NCBI GenBank assembly: GCA_944363785.1
Contig: CALVVF010000001.1
Coordinates: 70,176 to 134,175 of the forward strand
Reading direction: 5' to 3'
From: an uncultured Bacilli bacterium
Lineage (GTDB): Bacteria > Bacillota_I > Bacilli_A > RF39 > UBA660
DNA: 64,000 bases
Shown here: positions 40,846 to 51,082 of the stretch, piece after piece
How positions within the stretch are numbered: the first letter of the stretch is position 1
Layout: each line of letters begins with the position of its first letter
Translations under genes and position numbers: made by a program
Notes under the pieces: model-generated
What the model was told of the DNA's origin: nothing
Databases searched by the model: none
What the model saw: only the letters and a program-made list of their open reading frames with translations

Positions 40846-41733
40846 TCAGTTTTCCGTATAAATCATATCGTAATTAACGTCCCAATCATATGGGATAAGT
40901 AAACCAGTATGTTGCATCACAAAGCCAAGATCATTGGCAAGTGCTCCCACGGTAAGACTAGTTCTAAATTCAGTAAAATCATATGTATCATATAGATTAA
41001 CATTTTTTACTGTTACAGCAGCCACTAAAGTTACAAACAAAGTAGTAAAAAAGCCCTTTCCAGTAGGATCAATATTCATTACTGAATTATTCCCAGAATA
41101 GATATATATATTATTTGATAATATGTTTTTATCTGCGCAAATAGTACCGTCGGCATTGATAAGTCTACCCCATTCAGGATTATAGTATCTACTGTTTAAA
41201 TAATATAGTTCTGTTTCAGTGTCATAGTAGTATCCACGATATCTAAATGGATTAATAATACCAATATTAGTAGTATCTGTAATTTCATTACCTTGATTAT
41301 CTTTGATACTTAATACTTTACCCCAACTATCATATTCATAAAACACTACTTGATTGTAAGTTGAGTCTAATACTCCTATAATATCTTCTTTTAGATTTTT
41401 AATGTAATAGTAAGTATTATCATTGTATTTTAATCCTAAAAGGCCTATTCCATCATACAAATAATGAATGATATCATTTCCTCTTTGTTCAAAGATAATG
41501 TTACTGTTTTCTAAATAATACTTAGTTTCTACTCCATTTACTAACTTTAATGTTCTAATACCATCCGCATTGTATTGATAACTAATAAATAAGTTCTTTG
41601 CAGTATTCTCATAACCACTTAAACTTCTGCCGTTTATCCAACTCATTTGAATATTATTTCCAATTGTCAATGGATTACCGACAACATCATAGGTAATACT
41701 ACTTCCATTAAAGCTCGTTAGTTGGTCTTCTCA
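40846..41733 (-). CDS. RHS/YD-repeat protein C-terminal fragment: last YD repeats, RHS-associated core, C-terminal toxin tip
   Basis: YD repeats (ITYDVVGN, YQYNADGIRTLK), core motif NPFRYRGYYYDTETELYYLNSRYYNPEWGRLINAD then DPTGKG, then a ~65-aa variable hydrophobic tail. The frame is open only back to TGA 41731-41733. The track start is a TTG at 41670. No N-terminal body. Confidence 0.7.
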
Positions 41734-42018
41734 ATTACTATTAGAATACTGATAAGTATCTGTCTTTATTATAACATTGGTTGTCCTATTTGTAGTAGTT
41801 TTTGTTAATAAATTACCTCTTTATTCTTTTAAAACATATTACTTATACAAATATTAGTTGTTTCTGTAAAAAATAATGAGTAGTGATAATTATCCTATCA
41901 TTTACTACTCATTAGACAATATTATAATATTTTTGATTAAGTTTGTTATCTTTTTTGCATGTCAAACTAATTTTGATTCATCGCTATTTTCTCTCCAGCC
42001 GTGCTCTGCCTGTTCTAT

Positions 42019-43413
42019 TTATTTCTTAATTTCTTGAATAAATCTTTCAATTAGTTCTAAGAAAGTTGTTTTTAATTTATCTCTTACTTCTTCTGTAGTA
42101 CCCTCAAATCTAGCTGTAATATTAGGTCCGGTATTACTTACTCTAATTAAAGCCCAACCATCATCGAGTTCAATTCTAACACCGTCGATATCGATGATTT
42201 TATATCCCGCTGCTTCACAGTACTCTTTAACTTTCACAACAACTTTATTTTTAATTTTATCACTTACTGCGATCTTAATTTCAGGAGTGGAATAATACTC
42301 AGGAATTCCTGCTAAACATTCACTGACACTGCGATTAGAATTCGTCAAAATTTCGATTAAACGAAGTCCAGCATAAAGTCCAGAATCAAATCCTAAAAAG
42401 CGATCTCTAAAGAATAGATGTCCACTAAACTCGCCACCAAAAACACAATCTTTTTCTTTAGTAGCAGCTTTAGTATAAGAGTTTCCTGTACGATTGATAA
42501 TAGCTTCTCCACCTAACCGTTCAATCTCTTCTGGTAAAGCTTTAGAACATTTTACATCATATAAGACTCTCTTATTTGCTGATTTTGGTAAGATATCTCT
42601 TACATAAAGAATCATCAACTTATCACTAGGAATATAATTTCCTTTTTCATCGACAACTCCAATCCTGTCCCCATCTCCATCAAAAGCAATACCAACATCT
42701 GCTTTCATTTCAACAACAGCATCTTTTAATACTTTTAAATTATCCTCTACACATGGATCAGGATGATGATTAGGGAAATTTGGATCACTTTTACCGTAAA
42801 GAACAATTAAATCAACACCCACTAAATTATATAATTCAGGAGCAAAAAAGGAAGTTGTTCCATTACCACAATCAATAATTACCCGTTTACGATTTTTAGT
42901 ATTAATCTTTACTGATTGTAATAATAAATGATAATAATCATCACGAATATTAAAAAAAGTAATAATTCCGTGACCCTGATCAAATTCTCCTTTTTTTAAG
43001 AAATGATAAAAGTCTTCAATCATTTTCCCTTTAGCATTCCCTCTCTCATCAAAAGAAAATTTAAATCCATTATCATCCTTAGGATTATGACTAGCCGTTA
43101 CCATTACCCCTGCCGGTATATTTAGTCGTAGACAAGCATAATAATACATCGGTGTCGTCACTAACCCTAAGTTTAAAACATGAACACCAGTCTCTACAAT
43201 ACCTTGAATTAAGGCATTTTGAATTTCTTTCGAAGAGTAACGATTATCATGTCCAACTACACATTGAGTTTGACCCAATTTTTTAATATATGTTCCATAA
43301 GCTTTCCCAAAGGTATAACTGACATCTTCATTAATATCTTTGGGATATACTCCTCGTACATCATAAGCACGAAAAATATCTTTATTAATTTCTTCTGTTA
43401 ATTTCATTGTCAC
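42019..43413 (-). CDS. Phosphoglucomutase/phosphomannomutase (alpha-D-phosphohexomutase family)
   Basis: Active-site TASHNPKDDNGFK, metal-binding DGDGDR, 464 aa. Confidence 0.85.
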   Translation of the reverse strand: MTMKLTEEINKDIFRAYDVRGVYPKDINEDVSYTFGKAYGTYIKKLGQTQCVVGHDNRYSSKEIQNALIQGIVETGVHVLNLGLVTTPMYYYACLRLNIPAGVMVTASHNPKDDNGFKFSFDERGNAKGKMIEDFYHFLKKGEFDQGHGIITFFNIRDDYYHLLLQSVKINTKNRKRVIIDCGNGTTSFFAPELYNLVGVDLIVLYGKSDPNFPNHHPDPCVEDNLKVLKDAVVEMKADVGIAFDGDGDRIGVVDEKGNYIPSDKLMILYVRDILPKSANKRVLYDVKCSKALPEEIERLGGEAIINRTGNSYTKAATKEKDCVFGGEFSGHLFFRDRFLGFDSGLYAGLRLIEILTNSNRSVSECLAGIPEYYSTPEIKIAVSDKIKNKVVVKVKEYCEAAGYKIIDIDGVRIELDDGWALIRVSNTGPNITARFEGTTEEVRDKLKTTFLELIERFIQEIKK

Positions 43414-43578
43414 ACCCCTATATTCTATATACTATTATAACAGAAACTAGAGTAAGAACAAAGAAATTTTCATTATTTCTTTTGAATTAATTCACTTATC
43501 TTAAACGAAAAAAAGAAAAAGAGTAAAAATAGTCCACGTTTTATCACGATAATCGACAATCTTTACTCTATTAATCTC

Positions 43579-44244
43579 TTATAATTTTACATGATGTTCT
43601 TCTTCATCACCGGCAAAAGAAGAAAACAAATCAGAAAAAGAAGTTTTATTTAAAGTAGCCTGTTCCAAAAATTGTTGATATCGTTCTTCTTCCTCTTTCA
43701 AAAAAGTTGTCTGTTCTCTTATTGCTTGCTTGATTAAAGGATGTTCTAGTTCTTGTTCTAACTTAGTATTTGCCTCTTCGATCTTACTCTGATATTTTTC
43801 TATAAACTCTTGATAAGTAGGCGCTGAAACATATCCATTTCCATCCGCAACTTCTACGATGACATTGACTAAATACCTACTTAGTTTATCTCTATTAGAT
43901 AAATCATCCTGTTCTTGTTGATTCTTCTCATTAAACATAAAAAAATCAGGAAGAACTTTTCTTCGTTCTAAAATCAAATTTTCTATATGAGAAAGAACAT
44001 TTTCTAATTTCGCTACCCAACTATTGACCATCTTCTTTTGTTCTTGATGATAATGGATACAACTTTTCATCGTTTCTTCATCACCACCATAATTATGTAC
44101 CTCTGGTCCAATAAATTCAACATGACATAATTTAGGCAAATAACTCTTAACAAGGGCTAAATCATATTTACTCAATTTCTGCATAATCGTAACAATATCT
44201 TCATTCGTATATTCCCTCTCATTAAACTTATCCATGTAAAGCAC
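43579..44244 (-). CDS. Hypothetical protein (221 aa)
   Basis: Acidic helical C-terminus. No recognisable motif. Confidence 0.4.
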   Translation of the reverse strand: MLYMDKFNEREYTNEDIVTIMQKLSKYDLALVKSYLPKLCHVEFIGPEVHNYGGDEETMKSCIHYHQEQKKMVNSWVAKLENVLSHIENLILERRKVLPDFFMFNEKNQQEQDDLSNRDKLSRYLVNVIVEVADGNGYVSAPTYQEFIEKYQSKIEEANTKLEQELEHPLIKQAIREQTTFLKEEEERYQQFLEQATLNKTSFSDLFSSFAGDEEEHHVKL

Positions 44245-44297
44245 CTACCTTTTCTACTATTAACTTCATTATATCAAATATAAAAGGAAAAGTACAC

Positions 44298-44513
44298 CTA
44301 CATATACTTTTCCATTGACTTCATCATCTGATTAACTTGCTTTTGACTAGGTTTTCTACCCATCTGCATCATTAATGCCTTGATCATTTCCTCATTAATT
44401 GGCGGATTCTTTTTTAAATATTTCATCATATATTTACGAGCTAAGAAAAAGCCAATTACCGCTCCAACTAATAAAACTCCAACTACTTTTAATATATCTA
44501 AAAATAATTCCAT
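44298..44513 (-). CDS. yneF: UPF0154 family membrane protein YneF
   Basis: 71 aa. [44 protein letters not shown] is the canonical YneF sequence pattern. Confidence 0.85.
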   Translation of the reverse strand: MELFLDILKVVGVLLVGAVIGFFLARKYMMKYLKKNPPINEEMIKALMMQMGRKPSQKQVNQMMKSMEKYM

Positions 44514-44553
44514 ATTATCATCTCCTGTACATAATATACTAGAAAATAATCAT

Positions 44554-44979
44554 TTATACAAGCATTTTCAAGTCATTCAGCCAAAAATAATCCTGATAAT
44601 TAAAATCACATACAAAATAATGATCACTAAAGGTTTGAATAATACTAAAGAAAGAGGAGTAATTATGATTAGTAGTTACTAATATATAACTGCTTTTAAT
44701 CGTTAGTACACTAATTTCATCCTTATATAAATTATTGATAATATGTTCCTCTTTATTTTTAGAATAGACCATATCATCATGATACTGAATATAAATAGCG
44801 CGGTTAATTGCTCCTTTATCAATCTTTTCTGTTAATTGACTAAATAGATGAAAGCCATAGTCAATCTCGTTATTTTTCATGTAATACAAATGTCGTAAAA
44901 TAGAAAATAAACTACTAGTATTATCGTGATATAGTTGAACAAATTCTTTTTTCATTTGAAATATAAAATAGGTTCTCAT
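44554..44979 (-). CDS. sirA: SirA (YneE)-like sporulation inhibitor of replication, 141 aa
   Basis: Sits between tkt and yneF exactly as B. subtilis sirA does. Similar size. N-terminal YFIFQMKKEF and C-terminal FVCDFNYQDYFWLNDLK resemble SirA. Confidence 0.45.
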   Translation of the reverse strand: MRTYFIFQMKKEFVQLYHDNTSSLFSILRHLYYMKNNEIDYGFHLFSQLTEKIDKGAINRAIYIQYHDDMVYSKNKEEHIINNLYKDEISVLTIKSSYILVTTNHNYSSFFSIIQTFSDHYFVCDFNYQDYFWLNDLKMLV

Positions 44980-45043
44980 GTATCTTTCCTCCTTCTTATT
45001 CTTATCATAGAAAAAGAAAAGGAAAAATCTTGTCGATATTTTC

Positions 45044-47029
45044 CTATTTTAATAAATTTTCTATTTTAGTAACTACACTATCGATATCAAAACCGAAAGT
45101 TTGATATAAATCTTTTTTACTAGCACTAGCACCAAAAGTATTCATATTGATTAAATATTTATCATTATAGACAAATTCGTACCATGAATAAGAAGAAGAT
45201 GCTTCGATCACGAAAGTTTTTACCCCTAATGGTAATAATTCTTCACGATATTTTTCATCTTGTTTATGCCATAACTCAATACTTGGCATACTGATTACTC
45301 GAATATCGTAGCCTTTTTCTTCTAATCTTGAAGCGGCTTCTAAAGCAATGTCTACTTCTTCTCCACTAGCGATGATGATCGCACTTAAATTTTTTCTTTC
45401 TTTACGAACAATATATCCACCTCTAGCAACATCATGAATACTAGTACTTTCTTTGATTGGTACTGTATTCCTAGATAGAATAAGAGCTGTTGGACCCGTT
45501 TGATTACTCATAATATATTTATATGACCCAATAATTTCATTCGCATCGCTCGGTCTTAAAACCGTTAAATTAGGAATGGCCCGTAAAGAAACCAACTGTT
45601 CAACTGGTTGATGAGTAGGTCCATCTTCCCCTATAGATAAAGAGTCATGAGTAAAAATATAGGTAACTCCTAAATTCATTAGAGCACTCATACGAATAGC
45701 CGGTTTTAAGTAATCAGAGAAAGTTAAGAAAGTAGAAGCAAATGGATGTAAGCCAGATAAAGCCATTCCATTTAATATTGCTCCCATAGCATGTTCTCTT
45801 ACGCCGAAAAAGATATTTCGACCGAGTCGATTCGAACTAGAAAAGTCTCCTAATCCCTCTAAATATGCTTTAGTAGAAGAAGAAAGATCAGCACTTCCTC
45901 CTAGTAAAAAAGGATTGTTTTTCGCTAAAGAAGAAAGAATCTTTCCCGAAGTTACTCGAGGAGCTTCTGCCTGAGACTCTGGAATTTCATAATCAAAATC
46001 AAGGTGATCCAAACTGAAATCTAACTTTTCCAATTTCTCTAACTCTTTTTTTACTTCATCATCTAATTTTTCTCTCATTTTCTGGTCTTTTTGGTAAACT
46101 TCATCACATCTAGTATGAATCATCTCTTGAAAATTTACAATTACATCGTTAGAGACCGTAAAAGGAATATCTCTAACTCCAAGTTTATCTTTAATAGAAG
46201 AAATATCTTCTTTATCTAATGGTGTTCCATGTACTTTATTTGTACCCTGATTTTTAGAGTATTTACCGATTGTCGTTTGAACAACAATGATATTTGGCTT
46301 ATCTACTGAGGATTTTGCTTGTTCAATTGCTTGATCGATCGAAGCGATATCTTCCCCATCATTCACCAAAAATACATTCCAGTTCAAAGCGGTAAATCGT
46401 TGAAAAATATTTTCTGTAAATACTTGATCAGTCGAACCATCTAAACAAACGTGATTACAGTCATAAAGAACAATCAAACGATTTAATTTTAACGTTCCCG
46501 CAAGAGAGGCTGCTTCATAAGAAATTCCTTCCATTAGATCGCCATCACCACAAAGTACATAAGTACGATAATCGATAATATCTAAATTCTTTTGATGATA
46601 ATAATTACGTAAATACTCCTCAGCTATAGCCATACCAACAGCAGACGCAAAACCTTGTCCCAAAGGACCAGTCGACATATCTACCCCAGGAGTTACTCCA
46701 TATTCAGGATGTCCCGGTGTGATAGAAGATAGCTTTCTAAACTGTTTTAAATCTTCTAATTCCAAATGATATCCTGCCATATAAAGAGCAGAATAAAGTA
46801 AAGCAGACCCATGTCCTGCCGATAAGACAAATCGATCACGATTGATCCATTTATCATCATCAGGATTAATCTTCATATGCTTACCATAAAGGGAATAAAG
46901 GATAGGTGCAGCATCTAAAACAATACCAGGATGCCCACTTCCCGCTTCACTGATCATATCAATTCCCAAACAGCGCATATGATCGATAATCTTTTTTTCA
47001 TTTAAATTTTCTTTAGGTTTAAATAACAT
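45044..47029 (-). CDS. tkt: Transketolase
   Basis: 661 aa. TPP-binding GSGHPG, GDGDLMEG, C-terminal domain. Confidence 0.95.
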   Translation of the reverse strand: MLFKPKENLNEKKIIDHMRCLGIDMISEAGSGHPGIVLDAAPILYSLYGKHMKINPDDDKWINRDRFVLSAGHGSALLYSALYMAGYHLELEDLKQFRKLSSITPGHPEYGVTPGVDMSTGPLGQGFASAVGMAIAEEYLRNYYHQKNLDIIDYRTYVLCGDGDLMEGISYEAASLAGTLKLNRLIVLYDCNHVCLDGSTDQVFTENIFQRFTALNWNVFLVNDGEDIASIDQAIEQAKSSVDKPNIIVVQTTIGKYSKNQGTNKVHGTPLDKEDISSIKDKLGVRDIPFTVSNDVIVNFQEMIHTRCDEVYQKDQKMREKLDDEVKKELEKLEKLDFSLDHLDFDYEIPESQAEAPRVTSGKILSSLAKNNPFLLGGSADLSSSTKAYLEGLGDFSSSNRLGRNIFFGVREHAMGAILNGMALSGLHPFASTFLTFSDYLKPAIRMSALMNLGVTYIFTHDSLSIGEDGPTHQPVEQLVSLRAIPNLTVLRPSDANEIIGSYKYIMSNQTGPTALILSRNTVPIKESTSIHDVARGGYIVRKERKNLSAIIIASGEEVDIALEAASRLEEKGYDIRVISMPSIELWHKQDEKYREELLPLGVKTFVIEASSSYSWYEFVYNDKYLINMNTFGASASKKDLYQTFGFDIDSVVTKIENLLK

Positions 47030-47090
47030 AATTTTAGCTCCTTCTATTTACTATTATACCACGTTTATTAGCGAAAGAAAAAGATGACTT

Positions 47091-48491
47091 TTAGTCATCG
47101 TCAAATAATTCCTCGATATCCTTCAATACATCATCTTTTTTCTTCTGTTCTTCTTGAACAATTTCTTTACTTAGATAGAATTCTTTAGTTTGTTCTAAGT
47201 CGTTTAATCTCTCTTTTTGAGAATCATCAACTTCATCAGTAACGACATCAGATATTGTTTTATCTTCGACTGCTACGTTTGTTTTTTCTTTTTCTTCCGC
47301 AACACTAGAAGAATTGGCCGTATCAACAGTAGATTGTTCATTTTCTTTAGAAGATGTCTCAGTATTTTCCTTTTTATCTTTATTCTTATTATTCTTATTT
47401 TTCTTTGATGTCTTGATATAGAAATAAATACCAAAACCACCAATTAAGAATAAAATTAAACAACCAATACTAACTAATACATATTGTAAAGTACGGTCTT
47501 CTCGACTATCTTCATGGGAGTCAGGCTTTGTAACATGACTCGTACTAGATGAAGTAGAAACGATGTTTTCTTCTTCCTCTTCAGAGCTTTCACTTTCTCT
47601 AGTTACTGTAATTTTATACTCACGTTTATTTCCGTCATTATCACTAACTGTAACAGTTACAATTGAATCTCCTACTTCTAAAGCAGTAGCTCCACTTACT
47701 GAAACACTTGCTTCACTACTAGCTGCTGCAGCCTGTACTGTAATGCTTTCTACTTCATAAGGAACCGTTAGTGTATAGTTTAATAAATCTGGGCTAAAAG
47801 CTTGATCTAAAGTATAATCATCTACACGAAGTAACTTTAAACTAAGATCAACCGGTTCTTCTTTTATAATAGTAAATTTATACCTTTCCACGTTGTTGAT
47901 AAGAACTTTAATAACGCTACCAGTCACTAAGCCACTGTCACCCGTTACTTTTAAATCAACCTTACTTTTGTCAACATTTAACGTAATAGCTTCACTAAGA
48001 TTAATCGTTCCTACATTTGCAGGAATTGTTATCGTATAATCGGTATTATTACTATTAAATGGTTTATCCAATGTCCCCACAGTCAAATTTAATGATGTGA
48101 TTTTTATATCTTCAGGAATTACTGTTACCTCGCATTGGGCAAAATAATCTCCAACATTAGCTTTAGCAGTAATTGTTGCCTTTCCTGGACTTAAGGCTGT
48201 TACTTGCCCAGTTGTTGAATCAACCACTGCAATACTTTTATCCGAACTTGACCAAGTAACATTCGTATCGTCTGTATTTGTAACTGTCGCAACAAGAGTT
48301 TCACTTGTTCCTTCGGTTAATTCCAACTGTCCCTTATTTAACGTTATTGTTATTTTTTCGGTAGCTCCTGAACCACCACCATTACTTCCACCTGTTCCTT
48401 GGCCAGGATCATTTGCCCAAACAATCCCCGGTGTCATTAAAAGTGCAATCGTACTAAAAAGTGCGATACTTTGCTTCAATTTTCTTTTCAT
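47091..48491 (-). CDS. Membrane-anchored surface protein with Big_2 and cadherin-like Ig domains (466 aa)
   Basis: Signal peptide, a Big_2-like domain (TEGTSETLVATV...GKATITA), two cadherin-like beta-sandwich-like segments, a Ser/Glu linker, one TM (LVSIGCLILFLIGGFGIYFYI) and an acidic/Lys-rich cytoplasmic tail. Confidence 0.6.
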   Translation of the reverse strand: MKRKLKQSIALFSTIALLMTPGIVWANDPGQGTGGSNGGGSGATEKITITLNKGQLELTEGTSETLVATVTNTDDTNVTWSSSDKSIAVVDSTTGQVTALSPGKATITAKANVGDYFAQCEVTVIPEDIKITSLNLTVGTLDKPFNSNNTDYTITIPANVGTINLSEAITLNVDKSKVDLKVTGDSGLVTGSVIKVLINNVERYKFTIIKEEPVDLSLKLLRVDDYTLDQAFSPDLLNYTLTVPYEVESITVQAAAASSEASVSVSGATALEVGDSIVTVTVSDNDGNKREYKITVTRESESSEEEEENIVSTSSSTSHVTKPDSHEDSREDRTLQYVLVSIGCLILFLIGGFGIYFYIKTSKKNKNNKNKDKKENTETSSKENEQSTVDTANSSSVAEEKEKTNVAVEDKTISDVVTDEVDDSQKERLNDLEQTKEFYLSKEIVQEEQKKKDDVLKDIEELFDDD

Positions 48492-48765
48492 TTTATATTC
48501 TTACTTCCCTTTCATTCTATTATATCAAGATTATAGCATAACTAATACCAAAAATAAATAGCTAAAAAAAGGCTATTGTTTAGAAACATAAAATACTTAC
48601 TATTGAACTCCTTTGATTTTCTTACTTTTTTTGCTTGATAGTGAAAAAAATAAGTAACTAATATATTCTATACAGTCGTTGATGTAAACAAGCATTTTAT
48701 CTTTCATTTTTTCGAGGTAAAAGACTATTTCTATGCTATGATGAGAATAAAGGAGTTGTTTAAAT

Positions 48766-49701
48766 ATGAATTTTAATCCCTATCAACAATTTAAAGTAAA
48801 TAAACTTTTAGAAACTGATTTTAAAAAAGTATATGATCAAATTCCAGAAAGTTTTAAATCTAATTTTTATTTTCAATATTTTTTGTGTGAGCTAGCTTCA
48901 TTAGAAGAAAAAATTGACCAAGCCCAACTTAGAAAACTTAGTTTATGTAAGCAAGAACCTAATTGTGAAGCTGTTTTTCACATCGATGAAGAGGAAAATA
49001 GATTATTGACTACCGCTAACTATTTGAAGATAAATCCAAATCTTATCGATAAAGAAAAGATGAAAGTAGTCCTATATCCAGATGGAACTCTTTCTTTTAA
49101 TTGGGTACTCGCTTTTGCGTTTGATTTAAAAAAATATGTATCAACTACTGATGATACCCTTTATCAATTAACGATGCGAGAAAGTAAAGATAAAAATTAC
49201 CTACTAACAGAATATATAATTTCTGATGGTTCATCGTATCAATTAGAGATGATATCTGTGTTTGATCAGAATAATAATGAAGTTTATCGCCACGACCAAA
49301 TGAGAAACAAGAAGACAAACGAAATTCTCATGCAAGAAGAATTTTCATTAGTTCCTCAAGAAAATATGCCATTCGCTTCGGATTTCTTTGACGATGACAC
49401 TATTGTACCTCTTTTCTATTTACAAAATACAAATGACTACTATATAGGAAAATGTACAGTAAATTCAAATACTAGATATGTGGTCTGCTTCAAACCAAAT
49501 GAACTTGCAGGTAATGCCTATAACAAAACATTCGAGAGTATCACTAAATTTGGAGTACCTAATTCTAATTTGTTTTATACCCTAGATAAAGAACAAAAAC
49601 CATACGTAAAAGAAATTGAAGAAAACGACTATTACCAATTACTCAAGAAAAGAAATAACGATGTAAAACGTTTAAAAAAAGCATCTCATTATGGAAAGTG
49701 A
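48766..49701 (+). CDS. Hypothetical protein (311 aa)
   Basis: ORF only. No motif recognised. Confidence 0.35.
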   Translation: MNFNPYQQFKVNKLLETDFKKVYDQIPESFKSNFYFQYFLCELASLEEKIDQAQLRKLSLCKQEPNCEAVFHIDEEENRLLTTANYLKINPNLIDKEKMKVVLYPDGTLSFNWVLAFAFDLKKYVSTTDDTLYQLTMRESKDKNYLLTEYIISDGSSYQLEMISVFDQNNNEVYRHDQMRNKKTNEILMQEEFSLVPQENMPFASDFFDDDTIVPLFYLQNTNDYYIGKCTVNSNTRYVVCFKPNELAGNAYNKTFESITKFGVPNSNLFYTLDKEQKPYVKEIEENDYYQLLKKRNNDVKRLKKASHYGK

Positions 49702-49709
49702 GATGTTTT

Positions 49710-50561
49710 CTATTGGTTTAAGATTATTTTTTTCTGCGATTTTGATGTATTTTCATCTAAAACAGAGGGATGAAGAGATGTATCATTCATAAAATCAAAA
49801 ACAGTATGATCCAAAAAGTAAGCAATTGGTAACTTTCGATCAAATGTTTCTTCTACTTCTTGATGTTTTTCTATGCGTAATTGGTTTAACCTTGCTTGAT
49901 ATTGTTGCTTTAATTCAGAATTTTTGATTTCTTCAATGACTTCTTTTATCAACGTACATTTATTCTCAACTAACGCATGGCGGAACTTTCCAATAGTAAT
50001 ATCTGATTGTTGTAACCTTTTTAATACTTCTTCATGAGTAGTTGGACAAACTTGTTGCCAATGTTGAGGAAACTGAAAATCGTTACAATATAATAAATAT
50101 AATAAAGAAGACATTTCCATATAAGTATAGATAATTTCTGCGATTTTCCGAAAGTTTTCATCACAATTAGGATTATTCCTCATGACAGAAACATCGTTAT
50201 ATTTTTCTTTTATGTCTTCTACTAATCTAGGGTAAATTAAATTTTCTAATGGAACAGTAGTAAAAATATCGGCTTGTAGTTTCTTTTTAAATATCATGTC
50301 ATGACCCATAGAAAAAAATAGATAATCTTGTAAAATTCCCCAAGCTGATTCAATTGGATAAGGATTACCTTGTTGCATTACTGCTTTTAGTTGAACTAAA
50401 TAGTCATCATAACTTAAACCATCAAGGATTTCACCAAAGAAAATAGTATCCTTATGAATAGTAAAATATTCCCGTTCTAACTCATTATTTTTTTGTCTAA
50501 TTCTATTTACTTGATCATCATAAATGAATTTAATTACTTGGTCTAAAGATTTATTTTCCAT
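49710..50561 (-). CDS. Hypothetical protein (283 aa)
   Basis: ORF only. No motif recognised. Confidence 0.35.
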   Translation of the reverse strand: MENKSLDQVIKFIYDDQVNRIRQKNNELEREYFTIHKDTIFFGEILDGLSYDDYLVQLKAVMQQGNPYPIESAWGILQDYLFFSMGHDMIFKKKLQADIFTTVPLENLIYPRLVEDIKEKYNDVSVMRNNPNCDENFRKIAEIIYTYMEMSSLLYLLYCNDFQFPQHWQQVCPTTHEEVLKRLQQSDITIGKFRHALVENKCTLIKEVIEEIKNSELKQQYQARLNQLRIEKHQEVEETFDRKLPIAYFLDHTVFDFMNDTSLHPSVLDENTSKSQKKIILNQ

Positions 50562-51082
50562 GCATTACTCCCTCTTTCTTATATACTGATTTTTATTTTA
50601 ATTGTTTTTTTATCCGTCCTCCATATTAATTTTAGTCGGAATAATATATTTAACCCTTACTTATGAAAAATTAAATTGGTAAGTACTTTCATTCTAACTA
50701 ACTCCTGGTTAAATATAGAGACTTTCTAAATCTTCTTTAACAAGATGGTGGTATTGTTTTCAACAATTAAATTATTTTCTTCATAAATATGTGTCTTTGT
50801 CTTGTTGCTTCCAATTTCAATAATGGCATTCTTTTCTTCTTACCTGTTTCCTCCTACTGTTGATACAATCATTATAACACAATTTCTTACTTTTAAAGTG
50901 TTGAATAAAACTTACACGAATAACAACTATCCCTTTTCACCACAAATAAATGATTGTCTTTGGTCAACTAATAGTTATATTTTCTAATAAATATCTCACA
51001 AATAATTCGTTATTTATTCAGTGAAAAAGTAGTTTTACCTATTGGTTTATAGTATAATACTAGCAAAGGAAGGAAGATAACA

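Noticed and set aside
41731-41733. Possibility that TGA is read as Trp (Mollicutes code), which would extend the RHS fragment
   Set aside because: Long intact ORFs (MutS, DnaK, Tkt) with TGG Trp codons and TGA stops show the standard code.
50802-50987. 61-aa ORF in the 50.56-51.08 kb intergenic region
   Set aside because: No RBS and hydrophobic low-complexity composition. More likely promoter or leader DNA for the 51083 gene.
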